Source of the DNA: Laetmonice hystrix
Taxonomy: Eukaryota
Reading direction: 5' to 3'
DNA length: 64,000 bases
Assembly (NCBI GenBank): GCA_965235115.1
Contig: OZ249448.1
Span: 24,800,001-24,864,000, forward strand
Numbering within the stretch: position 1 is the first letter of the stretch; the number at the start of each line of letters is the position of its first letter. This document shows, one piece after another, positions 26,019 through 38,905 of the stretch. Position numbers and translations under genes: made by a program. The notes under the pieces are model-generated. The model worked only from the letters and a program-made list of their open reading frames with translations, was not told the origin of the DNA and did no database searches.

Positions 26019-27209
26019 TCAGACAGAGATAAGAGACCATCTTCTCCCGAGTCCCCACGGGAATACAGTCGGTATAAAATACCGCTCGGTGGGAAGGAGA
26101 CACACAATCTGTCTGGTTTCACAAAACTGTACCATTTGGTGTCTTAGGTTCAGTAGAACTCTCTTACACAATAAACCTAACTGAACCCCAGGTCCCCTTA
26201 TACCTCCTATACCCCTATGCCTGCCACGCTCGCCCTAACCTCAATCCTTGAGGTTAGCATGGGGAAATATTCGTTTGAAGTCACCAAACTCGTGGATTGT
26301 GTCTCTATAGATCTGATCCATTCCAACCTGCCAATCCTCTCGTGACAGGCTATCGCCCCGTCAGTACATCTGTCGTACCCCTATCTCAGAGTAGAGCTAC
26401 TCCTGCATTATCAAGATGTGCTATATATATCCGTACACCAGTAATTACGGCAGCCATCTTTCTTTCCCTTAAGCGAACCTAATTAGTTATGCGTGTCACA
26501 GTTTTATCATATAAATATACGTTCCAGAACTCTACAAATATTGTAAACGGAGTTAATGTTCTTAGAGAATCTGTAGGAACTATTTTCATGAGCTATTTCC
26601 AGGTATTAACGTTTATCCAGCCATATCAAACAATGGCCAACCATGCAGACGTATAGTCTATCAGTGGATTACAACAACGTCCTCAAAAAACCGTTTACAT
26701 TTTCTAGTAGACGATACCCAGAGTACTCTGTGGAGTCTCTGTCATTTCTTAAATGTCCACATGTTATTTGTAAGTTTCTCAGGTTTTAGTTAAGTGCATA
26801 ATTGCCACTTTTTTGTAACTTTTAAACTAAAGGAAAACAAACAACATATTTATTATCAAAGTGTAGCTCTTTGTGCAGAGCATATTTCTAGATTAGTCAT
26901 TTTATCCTATATATTTTATCCAAGCAGTTATTCGACTTGGAAGCTTTTTGTACCTTCTATACCCGTTGATGAGTTATTAATTAGCGTCTCGCGTAACGAG
27001 GGAGCGTCGTCTTCCATCCCAAATTTGGATCTCCATCTTCCTGGAAGATGGGGATGAGCCAATGGGAGGCCGACACGCGTCTGCCGTCTTGGAGGGTTGT
27101 GGATCAGTATATAATCTAAGTGAGTCTAATACTCGCTCTCTCTTACCTCAAACTCAGCAACCAACACACATCAAATATATTTCTCTACGGCTCTGGCTTC
27201 CTACGCCAG

Positions 27210-27280
27210 CGGCCTCCGACACACCACGTGTGTCATCACAAAGAACTTTATCAAGCCTGAGTATCCACAAACTCCAAGCG
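27210..27280 (+). CDS. Tentative exon GLRHTTCVITKNFIKPEYPQTPS
   Basis: cttcctacgccag| and gcg|gtaagt; two frames open. Confidence 0.35.
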
Positions 27281-27612
27281 GTAAGTCCTTCTCGATTAAT
27301 CCAACAGCTCTTGACGATCGTTATATATGTTGTATGGTTCGGTACAATTATTCTGGTTTTCCGAGGTTACATGTATTCTATAACTGGGGACGCGTCCAGC
27401 CACGCCGTCCGCCATTCTTGAAAATTTGTTCAGCATCCCCTGATGCTCAAGCCGCCCACGTGCGCACCATTGTTAATTTTACTCCCCATTAAACTTACTC
27501 CTTTCCTCTTAAAACGTATTGGACTTATTTTTCATTATTGTTAGTTCGTGGTGAGAACCGCTCCACGATACATCACACACAACTTAAATCCTTTACATTT
27601 TTCACATTTCAG

Positions 27613-27665
27613 AAATAACTTGCAAGGTTTTAGAAGTACTTGACTCAGCGCTTAGGATAATGGCC
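27613..27665 (+). CDS. Tentative exon (phase 1-0) ITCKVLEVLDSALRIMA
   Basis: ttttcacatttcag| and gcc|gtatga; the only open frame fits 27280. Confidence 0.4.
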
Positions 27666-29771
27666 GTATGAAAGGGGCGGGCCTACCACAGCCTGAGGAA
27701 GTCCAGTTTTGTATGGCCTGGCCTTGAGCGAAGGTGACCACCAGTCTGACCACCCACGGCCGCCCGGGGGCGGGAGGGAGGTCAGGGAGCGGCTTGACCA
27801 CAAGGCAGCCACAGTCTTGAGAGTGACGCATGACTGGTCAAGCGTTGGTGACCATATATACGGGAGGTGATTGCTCAGGGATCAGGAGACGACTGGACAA
27901 CGGCCAGCGGCAGTCCGACCATGCTGTCCCCAGCAGTGGTCAAGGCCCACCCACTGAGGAGGGCCCACTCATGATCTGAATGGTCCTTCACACTTGATGA
28001 AGTCAGCAGAAAGGTCCCTCAGGTATCCCTCCACGTTCCCACCCCCCTGGGGCCCCGACTCAGCCCAAAACGGCGGGCAGGGGGCCACTGGTAGGGCACT
28101 GGCATCTCCTACACAAATTTACCGATTTTACAACTCATTCATTCAACTGATACACTCCTAGTGGCCTGCTGAGAGATCTAGAAACACCTGTAAACTCTGA
28201 ACTGACAAAGCTTGGCGTAGGTTAACAGGAAGAACCACATGGATTTACAGAAAGGACCAGCGATAGGATCGGGGGAGGGGGAGCGGGAGGGGGCCCTTCT
28301 GTTTGTAACCACAAGCGGTGTGCTGACATCTACAGTTGTATCGAGATTTATTGAAGTGTTTAGAGGCGGACATGTTTGCTGTCTAATGAATCAGTTTAAC
28401 TCATCTATAATTGATTTACATTCGGTATAATTGATTCAAATCCTCTATAATTGATTTAAATCCTGTATAATTAATTTAAGGAAGCCAAATCAGTAAAGTT
28501 TATTAAGCAATAAAGGGCACGGCTGCGTTAGGTAAACTAAAAGAATGACAAAGTGTTTGTTATTTCATGACAGTGAGCCACAATAAGCTCATAGAATCAG
28601 GTCTCTGATGTTGTCATACACTGGATGGTTGTCTTACACTGGAGGGGGGGCTGCCCCCTGGAGAGACGCCTTGGAAGTGACACTTCCGGTTTGGGCCTGA
28701 CGGAACATGACGTCACAATATCACTATAACCTTTTGTCCTTACTGCCTGTTTAACGTTACAATCGTGACGTTGTTCACCGTGATCACTTGTCCGTTTCAC
28801 GTCACAATCGTTATAGTTAACAGTGGCCCATTAATTTGGTATTTAATTAAGAGTCTAATTCACTTCCGCCGGAACAATTTTACCTTTCCTAGAACCCGGT
28901 GCCTCCTGATCTTCCTGACTAGAACCTAGACTCCAGACGATCCACACAGAACCACGTCAGAGAGCCCTGGCACTGAATGAAGCTGACTCAAAGATTTGAT
29001 CGTGTGCGCCCACCATAGGATCACATTCGACTATCTGATACTGAATACTTTAGCTGTCTACCGATTGAGCCTTGCCTTGTTTCCTACGATACCTCTCTGA
29101 CAGTGTTATCAGCGACAGGAGAACTGGGGTCGATGAGCCAGGACTGTGCAGAACATGGGAAGGCCGTTACCGGTTCGGACGGTCGGCTGTTGTCCTTCCA
29201 CCACACTGACTCTAATCATCAGTAATAGATTCAGTGAAAGCCAGTCTGTGGTTGTTGTCGGTGGACCGCAACTCCTACCGTCATATCCTGCCTCCTATAA
29301 TAACACTGGACCACTGTCGGGGACGTCAGCCATTCAGTATCATTCAACTATTGGTCATATGTGAAAGAAAAATGGAGTGAAGATTCGGCCCTCCCGGCCA
29401 TCGTACTCAGTGAAAGCATGGGGTGCAAAGATTTGTTGTTTCACCACCTCGATCGCTCTCCGTCGCCACTTGTTCCCATCGGAACGCGTTTGCAATTTCA
29501 CGCCTTGCCCAAAGGTTTTAGCACTTCATTAGCTGTGAGAGCAATCATAAAAATTAAAAAGTCATTTGCAACGTCGCCGTTAAGAGGTCGGTAGAGACTG
29601 AAGTCGGTTAAGTGCCCTGAGGGGTTAAATTCGGCCACAGTTCCTCTGTAAACTCTTTGGTGTCATTTCGACCGGGCACATTTCCGTAGAAAAAATTAGA
29701 CTAAGCCAATAGCTCTGCCAGACACATTTGGAGCCGAAGCACACAGAAGTTTTAAATCTAATTTCACAGTG

Positions 29772-29902
29772 TCAGTGGTCGGTGGTTTCTTCCGGGCCCT
29801 CCGGTTTCCTCCACAGAGAAAAACTGACTTTCATCATCATCTTCACCGCCGTGATATGACCCTGGCTGTTGCAAGGCGTAAAACCCATAGCCACCCTACC
29901 CA
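29772..29902 (+). mobile_element. SINE fragment with V-domain-like core (5' head missing)
   Basis: GGTCGGTGGTTTCTTCCGGGCCCTCCGGTTTCCTCCAC resembles the conserved GGTTTTCTCCGGGTACTCCGGTTTCCTCC SINE core; followed by a TGACCCTGGCTGTTG...GGCGTAAAACCC 3' end; recognised from memory, not by search. Confidence 0.55.
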
Positions 29903-29984
29903 CAGTGTTAGTGGGGTTCTCAAGACATGCGTTCTGATTAGAAGCTCTGTCTATTGGTGGTGTCTCCTGACATGGCGCCGCGTC

Positions 29985-30268
29985 ATGTAACGTAACGTCC
30001 TACGTGACGCCGCGTGTGCTGTGACATTATCCGTAACAACCATAGTCTTCGTCTGCTCCGCTACATGACGCCGCGTGCGCTCTACTGTGACGTCACGATA
30101 TCCGTAACAATCATAGTCTTCGTCTGCTCCGTAACATGACGCCGCGTGCGCTCTACTGTGACGTCACGATATCCGTAACAATCATAGTCTTCGTCTGCTC
30201 CGTAACATGACGCCGCGTGCGCTCTACTGTGACGTCACGATATCCGTAACAACCACAGTCTTCGTCCG
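29985..30268. repeat. 71-bp CpG-rich tandem, ~4 copies
   Basis: TGACGTCA at 30088, 30159, 30230. Confidence 0.9.
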
Positions 30269-30788
30269 CTCAGCCTGCACCGTTCAACCTGCTCACTGAT
30301 CACGTTAGGGCACAAATAATTCAACATCCGGCCTCTTTAAAACACTGCTGACAGCTGATGGCTTCCGAAGGTAAACGAACGTGTCGCCACTGCTATTGAA
30401 ACGCTGCCGCTGCTAGGGAAACGTGGGGCGCTGCTATAGAAACGACCTGTACACACCGGGACGGGCCCACGACAAACGGGGTTCGGTGGCCGGCGTCTTG
30501 CTCCACTGCACCCTTTGAGGGGAGTGCTCATTGAGAGCAGGGTACAAACCTGCTACCCCCCCCCCCCCCCACACACACACACCAGCGACTGACCACCAAA
30601 CGCGTTCACACGCAGCGTGAACGCTGCCCGGTACGTTAGAAATGAGAGGACGACGGCGACAGCTCCGATAAAAATGCCCAGTTCTAACAGGGCGGCCTCC
30701 CACACACCTGCGCTCCTTTCACGGCCATCTACCCTAACCAGTCCCCTTACACCGACTGCCACACGCCAGAAACTCAAACAACTTTCAG

Positions 30789-30846
30789 GATCATCAGTAT
30801 TACAGAGCTGGACGTGTGCATGGGAATGTTTCTCTTTAGGAAATGG
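30789..30846 (+). CDS. Tentative exon IISITELDVCMGMFLFRKW
   Basis: caactttcag| and tgg|gtaggg. Confidence 0.3.
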
Positions 30847-31631
30847 GTAGGGGGCAACCCTATAGCTACGTATGTGAACGTAATAAACTACTAATAAAGA
30901 AATAAAAAGACCCGAGTCTTTAATCGGAACCAGTTCTCAGTTATGCAGCAACTCTCAGACAATGTGTATCGTCGTATTCATGGACATGAATTTTATCATT
31001 GAGGCTTTTTCAGGGGGTGGGGTGTTACATATATAATCTCGTACTCTTTAATGTTCCCGATCCTGCCCTGTTAACTCTACCACCCTGCCGCAGTCCCAGA
31101 CCGCACCCATAGCACACACCACCGGCCAACCTGGCCGTACTCAATCTCGCCAACAGCACAGAATTCACACGAAAATACAATAACCAAAAACAACTCAGCA
31201 AATATTGCACGGTAATTTTTGAAGGCAAACCTTCTCTTCAGGCAGGCCGTGCCAATATTTGTCGTTCTGGTTAGCAGGCCACCTGGGACCGGCGGGAGGG
31301 GTTTGTGTGTTTGTTTGGTGCTGGTGCTGGGGTATATGACTTGTCAACAAGTATTGTTCACAGTGGTCGAGGTCTGGCCTCCACCGCTACGGTACACAGG
31401 TGCAGGCCAAGGAGGGTCTCAGCGTCTCTAGTATAACGGTACGAGGGTTATTACCCGTGGGTAACATTCCCACGATATAGAGGGTAGGAGTTAGGGTACT
31501 AGGGGAACACTATGGAGAGTGGGATTTTGGGGGAGGCCTGGAGACCAAAGACAGTTAGGGGGCAGGGGTTTGGGGGTCGATTTTTTACTTCCTCCCTCCA
31601 ACCTTCTTGGAGATGTTCCCATGGGCATCTA

Positions 31632-31826
31632 TGCAGTTACAATCGCAGTTACAGGTCAGTTACAATCTCAGTTACAATCTCTGTTACAATCTCAGGTACT
31701 CAGTTACAATCTCAGTTTCAGGTCAGTTACAATCTCAGTTACAATCTCAGTTACAATCTCAGTTACAATCTCAGTTGCAATCTCAGGTACTCAGTTAGAA
31801 TCTCAGTTACAGGTGAGTTACAATCA
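31632..31826. repeat. 12-bp tandem (CAGTTACAATCT)n with variants
   Basis: Direct reading. Confidence 0.9.
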
Positions 31827-32092
31827 TTTACATTCAGTTACGGCCGTTAGAGAGCGTTCTTCACTCAGGCTGACGCCAGGGTTACCATTCTGAGGGTCAT
31901 CCCATGAAATCACCCACTTACTGGAGTTTAGGATGTGCATGATAATTACCTGGGGTCATCGGAACGCTGGCCCACAGGAACTCCTCAAAGAGACCCTAAT
32001 CTCACAGTTACACTAAGGTGAACTCAGTTACAGCAATGTGGAGGAGCGCACTTCCTGGAAAATTAATGACGTTACTTCCCGTTCTCCTATAG

Positions 32093-32170
32093 AAGTGCAG
32101 GTGGATCAGTGCTGTTAGCTCCCAGAAACATCTGCCTGCGATTATGGCCGCAAGGGAAGACTTCCAGAAC
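32093..32170 (+). CDS. Tentative exon (phase 0-0) KCRWISAVSSQKHLPAIMAAREDFQN
   Basis: ttcccgttctcctatag| and aac|gtgatg. Confidence 0.3.
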
Positions 32171-32888
32171 GTGATGAACTGATGGAATGTATTGATTACA
32201 CCCTACATTCCTCAGATGTAGCAACAGGTGATTTCTGTGGGATTCACCCATTAACATCCTGCCGCCAGACTGCGCTGACCGAGGGCCTCTTTAAGATGTG
32301 ACGTTTTGACGTCAATGTATATATGCATGAACAACTGATGTAGAATACTAAAATGTCAAACTCATGCAGCGGAGCGAATACTGTAACAAATTTAATATCT
32401 CCATACGGCAAAAGGCTTCAAGGGTATTACAGTTGTTCGATATCAAGAAAACGGCTAAAGAAGTCCAATATCTCCCTTGGGCGGATCTAGTGGCAACGAG
32501 TGGAAAGTGACACTAGTGAGAGCCTTGGGATTGAGATCATTCAAAAAATATAGTTTATGGGATCTAACGTCCTATCTTGTTCAGATAGCTTGATAAACCC
32601 ATTGTGTTACAGGGTTAGGTAATCACTCAGTCAGGCATGAACCCATTGTAATACAATACAACAATTGAATGTCGTCTGTTGGTATAGCCATCAATGTTAT
32701 CTGTTCACTGTACGAGGGAACGCGTGAACGCCTTGCGAACACAGTCATATTGAGAGCCAACAAACCTCAACGACAGAACTAAAATATTTTTTTTCTTTTC
32801 TTTTTTTATGTTTTATCGTTAGGTTATTACTATTAATCGTCTGTGTGATTTCCCACGGATTTATGGGTACGCTGAGATTGGTTCGCAG

Positions 32889-33284
32889 CGACGCCAAGAG
32901 GCAGTCACCTGGAGGAAGGGACGCCAGTGGTCGCCGACCGCCTCCAGTACCACAGTATACCAGCCGCCGCCGGTTGCCATGACACCCACTGGAGCGCTGA
33001 TCTCAGATGAGACATCAGCGGGAAGAGGATGCTGGAGGAAGCTGGAGGACGCTGAGCCAGAGGCGGTGGTGTCAATCGGGGTCCCCTATTGTATCGAGGT
33101 GTGCAGGGTGGCCACACCTCCGTCAATAAACCTCGCGGGACGCTCACCTCTCACGATAAATCATCCTGGTGGGCGACATCTACCGGCCAGGGGGCGAACC
33201 TCAGGTCAAGGCCGGTCCGAAAACTCTCCCATGCCGACCTCGGACCCAACAGATGAATGGCAGCACGTCGAAACGCTCTCATAA
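32889..33284 (+). CDS. Tentative terminal exon, 131 codons plus TAA
   Basis: ggttcgcag| acceptor; 396-nt open frame in non-repetitive DNA (extends ORF 32979-33284); Ser/Pro/Thr-rich, no motif recognised. Confidence 0.3.
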   Translation, partial: RRQEAVTWRKGRQWSPTASSTTVYQPPPVAMTPTGALISDETSAGRGCWRKLEDAEPEAVVSIGVPYCIEVCRVATPPSINLAGRSPLTINHPGGRHLPARGRTSGQGRSENSPMPTSDPTDEWQHVETLS

Positions 33285-33439
33285 CTAATACTGTCCCATC
33301 TGACCACTTTATCGTTGGTGTATAAATGTCTAATGAATCAAAACAGCATCGTAGACAGTTTTCATATTAAGTAACACGAAAACGTCGGGTCTGAGCTGAG
33401 CGTATTAGTATGGCTATAGGTTCCCGTGTTGGCTGACAA

Positions 33440-34200
33440 CGCAACCGGAAATCGCCCTGGACCACTGCGTGACCTCTGCGTGACCTCTAACAATATCAAA
33501 CATGATGGACATATTACAAATGATGTTTTTTAATATTGGTAGGACGTAAGTCACCAGTGAGAACCTCCATGATGTCACGTGACTGCCACAACATCACGTG
33601 ATCAATGGCACGTGGGCGTGTTCTCCTCGGAGCGGTGTGAGTGAGAACATAATGTGATCTCGTATGGCCGTAAAAAGGCCTGCCGAACGCTGGAACGTTT
33701 AGTAGATGCCATTTAATGTACTCCAGCATCTACCCCACTCAGGGCGAGGCTGGAGTTTAACGCTTCCTGTACGTGAGGCTGACTGCCTGCCGGAAACATG
33801 CGCGAATCATCTATCCGAAGTTTCTCGATTCAGGGACGCTGGGAACTGAACCCTACTTCCGGTTTTCTGGGCACACGGCTTTCGAGGGAAATTTTCGGGG
33901 GATATTATTTACGGCGGCCATCCCACACTGTCAAACCTTAGTGGGGACCCTAAACACCAACGGCCATGCCACCATTCAATGGGGTCCTTTGATTTGTCGC
34001 TGAATGCCCGTATGTTTTACCGCCTGGTCCCCTGCCAAACAGACGCTTCCGCTATGTTAGACCAGGTGCTTGCTAATTTCACTGTTGGAAAACCGCCAAA
34101 CGGAAGGAAGCGATTAAACTCCAAGAACTTCCGCTTCCGTTGCGTTGGTCAGCGTCAACGGAGTGACCGATCTCTGCTTGGAGCGTGGCCAACATGGCCA
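33440..34200. promoter_or_regulatory. CpG-rich promoter-like segment (ETS CCGGAA/CTTCCGG, two TCACGTGA, CAACATGGC)
   Basis: Motif clustering and visibly higher CpG density; no TSS data. Confidence 0.3.
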
Positions 34201-34496
34201 TGCGTGATACAGACCGTAGCCTTTCGTAGGGACCAATGACACTCGAAAGCGCTCTCTTCGATTAGCCTTTACCAGGCTCATTATACGTAGTCAATATAGA
34301 CATGGGGACCAGGCTATTACTGCCTTCGCCAGTAATAATTACCCCTCCCCCCTCACACACAGTCCGAGAGCAGAACGACTGATGCTAACAGATATACTGG
34401 TATACAAAAATCAGAGTTTGGAGCTCGTAGAGGACCGAATGTCTAAACGGACATGTGGAGGACGGAAAGGTTAATCCTAGTCGTTTTGTTGGACGT

Positions 34497-34604
34497 ATTG
34501 AACACAGGACTGAGGGGCCCGTTCAAACTGCTTCAATAAACAGAGAACCTATTGAACACAGGACTAAGGGGCCCGTTTAAACTGCTTCAATGAACAGACA
34601 ACCC
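34497..34604. repeat. 54-bp tandem, 2 copies
   Basis: ATTGAACACAGGACT(G/A)AGGGGCCCGTT(C/T)AAACTGCTTCAAT. Confidence 0.85.
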
Positions 34605-35188
34605 ATTACGATGAACAGTTTATGATATAAGCTCGAGACGTCCCTTGTGTAGGGCAATACGTGACGTCAGATTCTGTGTTGCTATTGGAAACACGTGCCG
34701 AGAACGTGCTTCGTTACCAAAGTATGGCCAGGATGAACATGAAAGCGATACCGAATGACAAGATACGAGAGATCCTGGCATGTCTCAATCAGCGGCTGAG
34801 TCAACAATCATCTCACAGTACCCGCCAATCTGTATCGGTGACTTTTTATCCCAGGTTTTACAGTACAGCGAGCGATAATATAGCACTTCAACAATACCGG
34901 TCCGGCAAACTGTTGATAAAATTGAGTTTTAATTTCTATAGCTGGAAACAAATTCAGCTTTGTCCGCAGGTCCCCCAAGGCAAGCATTAGCCGACCTGGA
35001 CAAATTGAAACCGCCCATTGATCCAATAAACCCTTTCAACATTTTGTTACAATGTGAGCGATTTCATTATTACCACGATACATTAATTACTGCGTCCATA
35101 CTTAAGAAGTAAATTAAGAATGGGTGGCACGCTATTAATTGGGATAGATTTCCATTACTAGCATTAGCCCATGTTTTCAGACACTTAC

Positions 35189-35369
35189 GGCCATATCATG
35201 CGGCCCTAGCCCCAGTTTAGCATGGCAGACATGAGCCAGCCTTGCCATACCACATTGTCTTTCACAAAGCGTTCCAACGGACATGGCAGGATTTCGAGCT
35301 GCACCACTCGTCCCACCAGGGGGCGCTCCATTGCTGTCACTGATTACGTTAAACACTGGAACAATGGCA
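35189..35369 (-). CDS. Tentative minus-strand exon AIVPVFNVISDSNGAPPGG...GLGPHDMA
   Basis: Minus strand: ttttgtatttactaacatccag| (branch-like TACTAAC) and gcc|gtaagt; one frame open. Confidence 0.3.
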
Positions 35370-36425
35370 CTGGATGTTAGTAAATACAAAAAGGGCCAGC
35401 GGGGCCGTCTGGAGGATTTATCATTCGGTCTTGATGGCATCTTACAAACACAGTAACACTCATTGTGTTAGAGTCAGCCAAAGGAAAAGTAGCACCTGTT
35501 GGTTCTCCATTTTCTTCATTAAAGTTCAGAATATGTTCTCAATCTGACATTTTGTTAAATGACATGCTTTCCGCTTCAATGTTCTCTCTGTGAATGAATT
35601 CTCTACAGATGGTCGCAAAATGTTTATATTCAGTTGAATTACAGCTGTCATCCATGCTGCCTCGCTGAAACTTGCGCGGCAAAATAAACGTGATTTCTAC
35701 CATCTCTGAATAAATACAGCAGATGTGGGCCTCCCATACATTTAATATTCGTACGTAGCCAACATAGTAACAAACCACGTAAAAATGTCCCCGCCCGACC
35801 TAAGAAATATCCCCGACCTGGAATTATTTCATGTTTTTTTCATGTTTTAGTTTTCAATTTCTTGCTTGAAATTTTTTTTTGAAAATTTCTATTGTCTTTT
35901 TGTACCTTCCTAACTTGCCTTCTGACCACGAATACCATAGATGTCTTCTTCCACCAGCCACGCCGCCACTCCAGTCATAGAATAAAAACTATTTTAAAAA
36001 CCCTCTCGCCCGACATGGAAATATTGGAAGAGGTGGACGATAGAAAAGTAATTCTTTTTAGACAGAATACACTGACCCCTTAATCTTTCTGAAAGTAGGG
36101 GGAGTGATCCTGACCTCTAAAGTCGTTTCCTTTTAGATATCGTCTCCGAACAATCTCAAATAACTCACAAATGGCTTTCAATATTTCAGAGCGGCAGTAT
36201 TTTAGATTTATTGTCTTTCTTGAACGTTTTAACATTTAAAAAGGGAGGTGACTGTAGAGTAATTACATGGTAATTAACAACAGCAATGTTCTTATCCTGA
36301 GTTTCCTGGAGAGTCTACATGACTTGGAAATAAGCTAAATGATTGATAGTCCAAACTTTCGGGCCTAGATCTGATATTAACCTCTATCAATCATTTATCG
36401 GCAATAAGAATAGAAGGAAATGATG

Positions 36426-36728
36426 AATCCGAGCTCGGCGCCAAAGAGCCGGGATCATTTATGGAGGAGAAACGAGGGGTTTGCGTAGGTATATTAGTAT
36501 AGGTACTCGCACATATGTATCTAGGACCCATGTCGTGTGCTCAGTATGTATTGTCGAGGTAATGTAAACAATAGCTGTACTCCCGTTAACCACCATCTTG
36601 GTTCTCGCCTCTCGCGCGGTCTGGGTCGGAAATGACGAAGGCGACTTGGGAGACGATCCGGAGGGTATAAATACAACCGAGCAGAAGAGTCGAGTTCTCT
36701 ACCTTTGGAAGCTTCGTGGCAATCAGAC
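36426..36728 (+). repeat. Repeat A1 (left terminus of split-direct-repeat element)
   Basis: Identical to 41810-42112; contains TATAAA at 36666-36671. Confidence 0.95.
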
Positions 36729-38267
36729 TGATTCGTTCCCCACACATCGGGTGAGTTCGTTCTATGGTTGGGACTTCGTTTCAAGTATACGGTGGAACGT
36801 GGTTTGTCGACTGTTTCTTATATTTGCCTTGTGTTTGACACCTATATGCAGGTGTTATGTCTAAAACAGTTCCAGTTATTCGTCTTTCGAGGCTGTATTA
36901 TAGACCAGTACCCAGTATTTATGTGTGTCTGAAATAGTCACATGCAGTGTTGCAGGACGCACAGTCGCTTCCACGTGGTCGACCTGACCTTTGTGGTTCG
37001 GGCTCGGCTAGCCTACTTGAAGCTCCTGGTAGACAATTTGTGTTACGAGTTTGTAGTTATTTTAGTTCACCACACATTGAGGGCGACTGACGACGTCGGC
37101 GGTGCTATGTTGTGTAATTTTGTGTACGTATTTGTCCCAGAATGGTAGTGGGGGTACGATAATTTCAGTTTTGTTTTACCGTGGTTTACTCCGTGTTGAG
37201 TAGGGTAATAGCGTTCGGTACCAAGGTTGAGCTTATACAACGGTTTGTCCTGCCACGTGGTGTATCATGGTGGGGGTAGGCTCGTAAAAGTGTGAGGTAG
37301 GCCTACATTGTCGTGGAGTTGGTGTTTTTCGCTAGTCCTCACTATGTGGGGTTGAAGGTTGGTAGAAGTTATGTTGTGTTACTTGACCAGTGAACTGCTG
37401 TGACACGCCGGGTGTTCTTTAATTTTTCTAGTCCCGTCTTATATAGGCGTTTACTGCTGCTCCTAATTGCAACAGTTGGTATGGTTTTCGAAGTGCCCTC
37501 CCTAGATTATGTTAAATACAGTGTTTATCGCTTGGCGGCAATGCTTCTTGCCGTTTGCTTGGGGTGCTTTTTGGATGTGGGTATGCTGCGCTGGTATTCG
37601 AGCGGTACGTGGTGCTGTTATTCGGGTAGAAGTATTTATTTACGGTGGACAGATTAATCTGGATGTATTGGCACCAGCTTTAACCTGATAAGCTTTGGAG
37701 ATGGTTTGATGAATGTAATTTTACCTGACTTGTTGGACTCTAATTTAGTGTCGCTGATAATTTTCTTTCTCTTGTAGCCAACGAGTGGCTTATCCCTGAT
37801 ATTATATCTGGATTTGGACAGGTGCCCACTGTTCAGTGTGGTTCATTGATGCAGTCGCATAGTAGGGGGGATTTCGTCAATGTTATTTTGTATGTAGTAG
37901 TTTGGTATTCACTCCTTGTGGTTGCTTTGTTTTGAGTCTATCCATTTGTAAGTATTTGATTTTGTATTTTTGAGTTTAGTTGTCCCCTGAACCTTACTAG
38001 GCAGACTACCTGTCCCTCTGTTTCAGGATTTACATCATTTAATCTAATTGCCCCTGATTAATAGGCGTGTAGATTTAGCTACCACCTCATCTGAAAGGTT
38101 TTGTCGTTTAAGTATTTTGCCAATAGTTTGTAGACCCACCCCACCCCACCCTTCCTCGTGTTAGTGAGGTGTGTGTGTGTGTTGGAGGAGGGGGGTGTGG
38201 GGGGGGGGGGTGTTGTGTTTACGAATAACGGGGCTCTGCTGATGTGGGCTTAATGTGGTGTAACATA

Positions 38268-38905
38268 CGGTGTGTGGTCCCTTCGGTTCCGCTTTCCCTT
38301 GTGGTTGTGTTAACTTGGTTGGGGGATGGGGCCGTGTTCCGTGGGGTTGACGGTGTGTGGTCCCTTCGGTTCCGCCTTCCCTTGTGGTGGTGTTAACTTG
38401 GTTGGGGGATGGGGCCGTGTTCCGTGGGGTTGACGGTGTGTGGTCCCTTCGGTTCCGCCTTCCCTTGTGGTTGTGTTAACTTGGTTGGGGGATGGGGCCG
38501 TGTTCCGTGGGGTTGACGGTGTGTGGTCCCTTCGGTTCCGCCTTCCCTTGTGGTTGTGTTAACTTGGTTGGGGGATGGGGCCGTGTTCCGTGGGGTTGAC
38601 GGTGTGTGGTCCCTTCGGTTCCGCCTTCCCTTGTGGTTGTGTTAACTTGGTTGGGGGATGGGGCCGTGTTCCGTGGGGTTGACGGTGTGTGGTCCCTTCG
38701 GTTCCGCCTTCCCTTGTGGTTGTGTTAACTTGGTTGGGGGATGGGGCCGTGTTCCGTGGGGTTGACGGTGTGTGGTCCCTTCGGTTCCGCCTTCCCTTGT
38801 GGTTGTGTTAACTTGGTTGGGGGGTGGTGTCGTGTTCCGTGGGGTTCTGTCCTCCCTTGATAGGATTACCTTGGGGTCGACGGTGTGGTCCCTTCGGTTC
38901 CGTCA
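38268..38905. repeat. 83-bp G/T-rich minisatellite inside the element, 7 copies plus a degenerate 8th
   Basis: Unit CGGTGTGTGGTCCCTTCGGTTCCGCC...GGGGTTGA at 38268, 38351, ... 38766. Confidence 0.95.

Noticed and set aside
25288-26184. 298-aa Pro/Glu-rich repeat protein
   Set aside because: The 51-bp unit is a multiple of 3 and stop-free in five of six frames; synonymous and non-synonymous changes look random; no splice or promoter support
37741-37800. Minus-strand peptide IRDKPLVGYKRKK resembling a Penelope-like RT/GIY-YIG linker
   Set aside because: No flanking RT or GIY-YIG motifs, stops nearby, no hammerhead (CUGANGA...GAAA) found in A or B; the junctions favour a YR-type element
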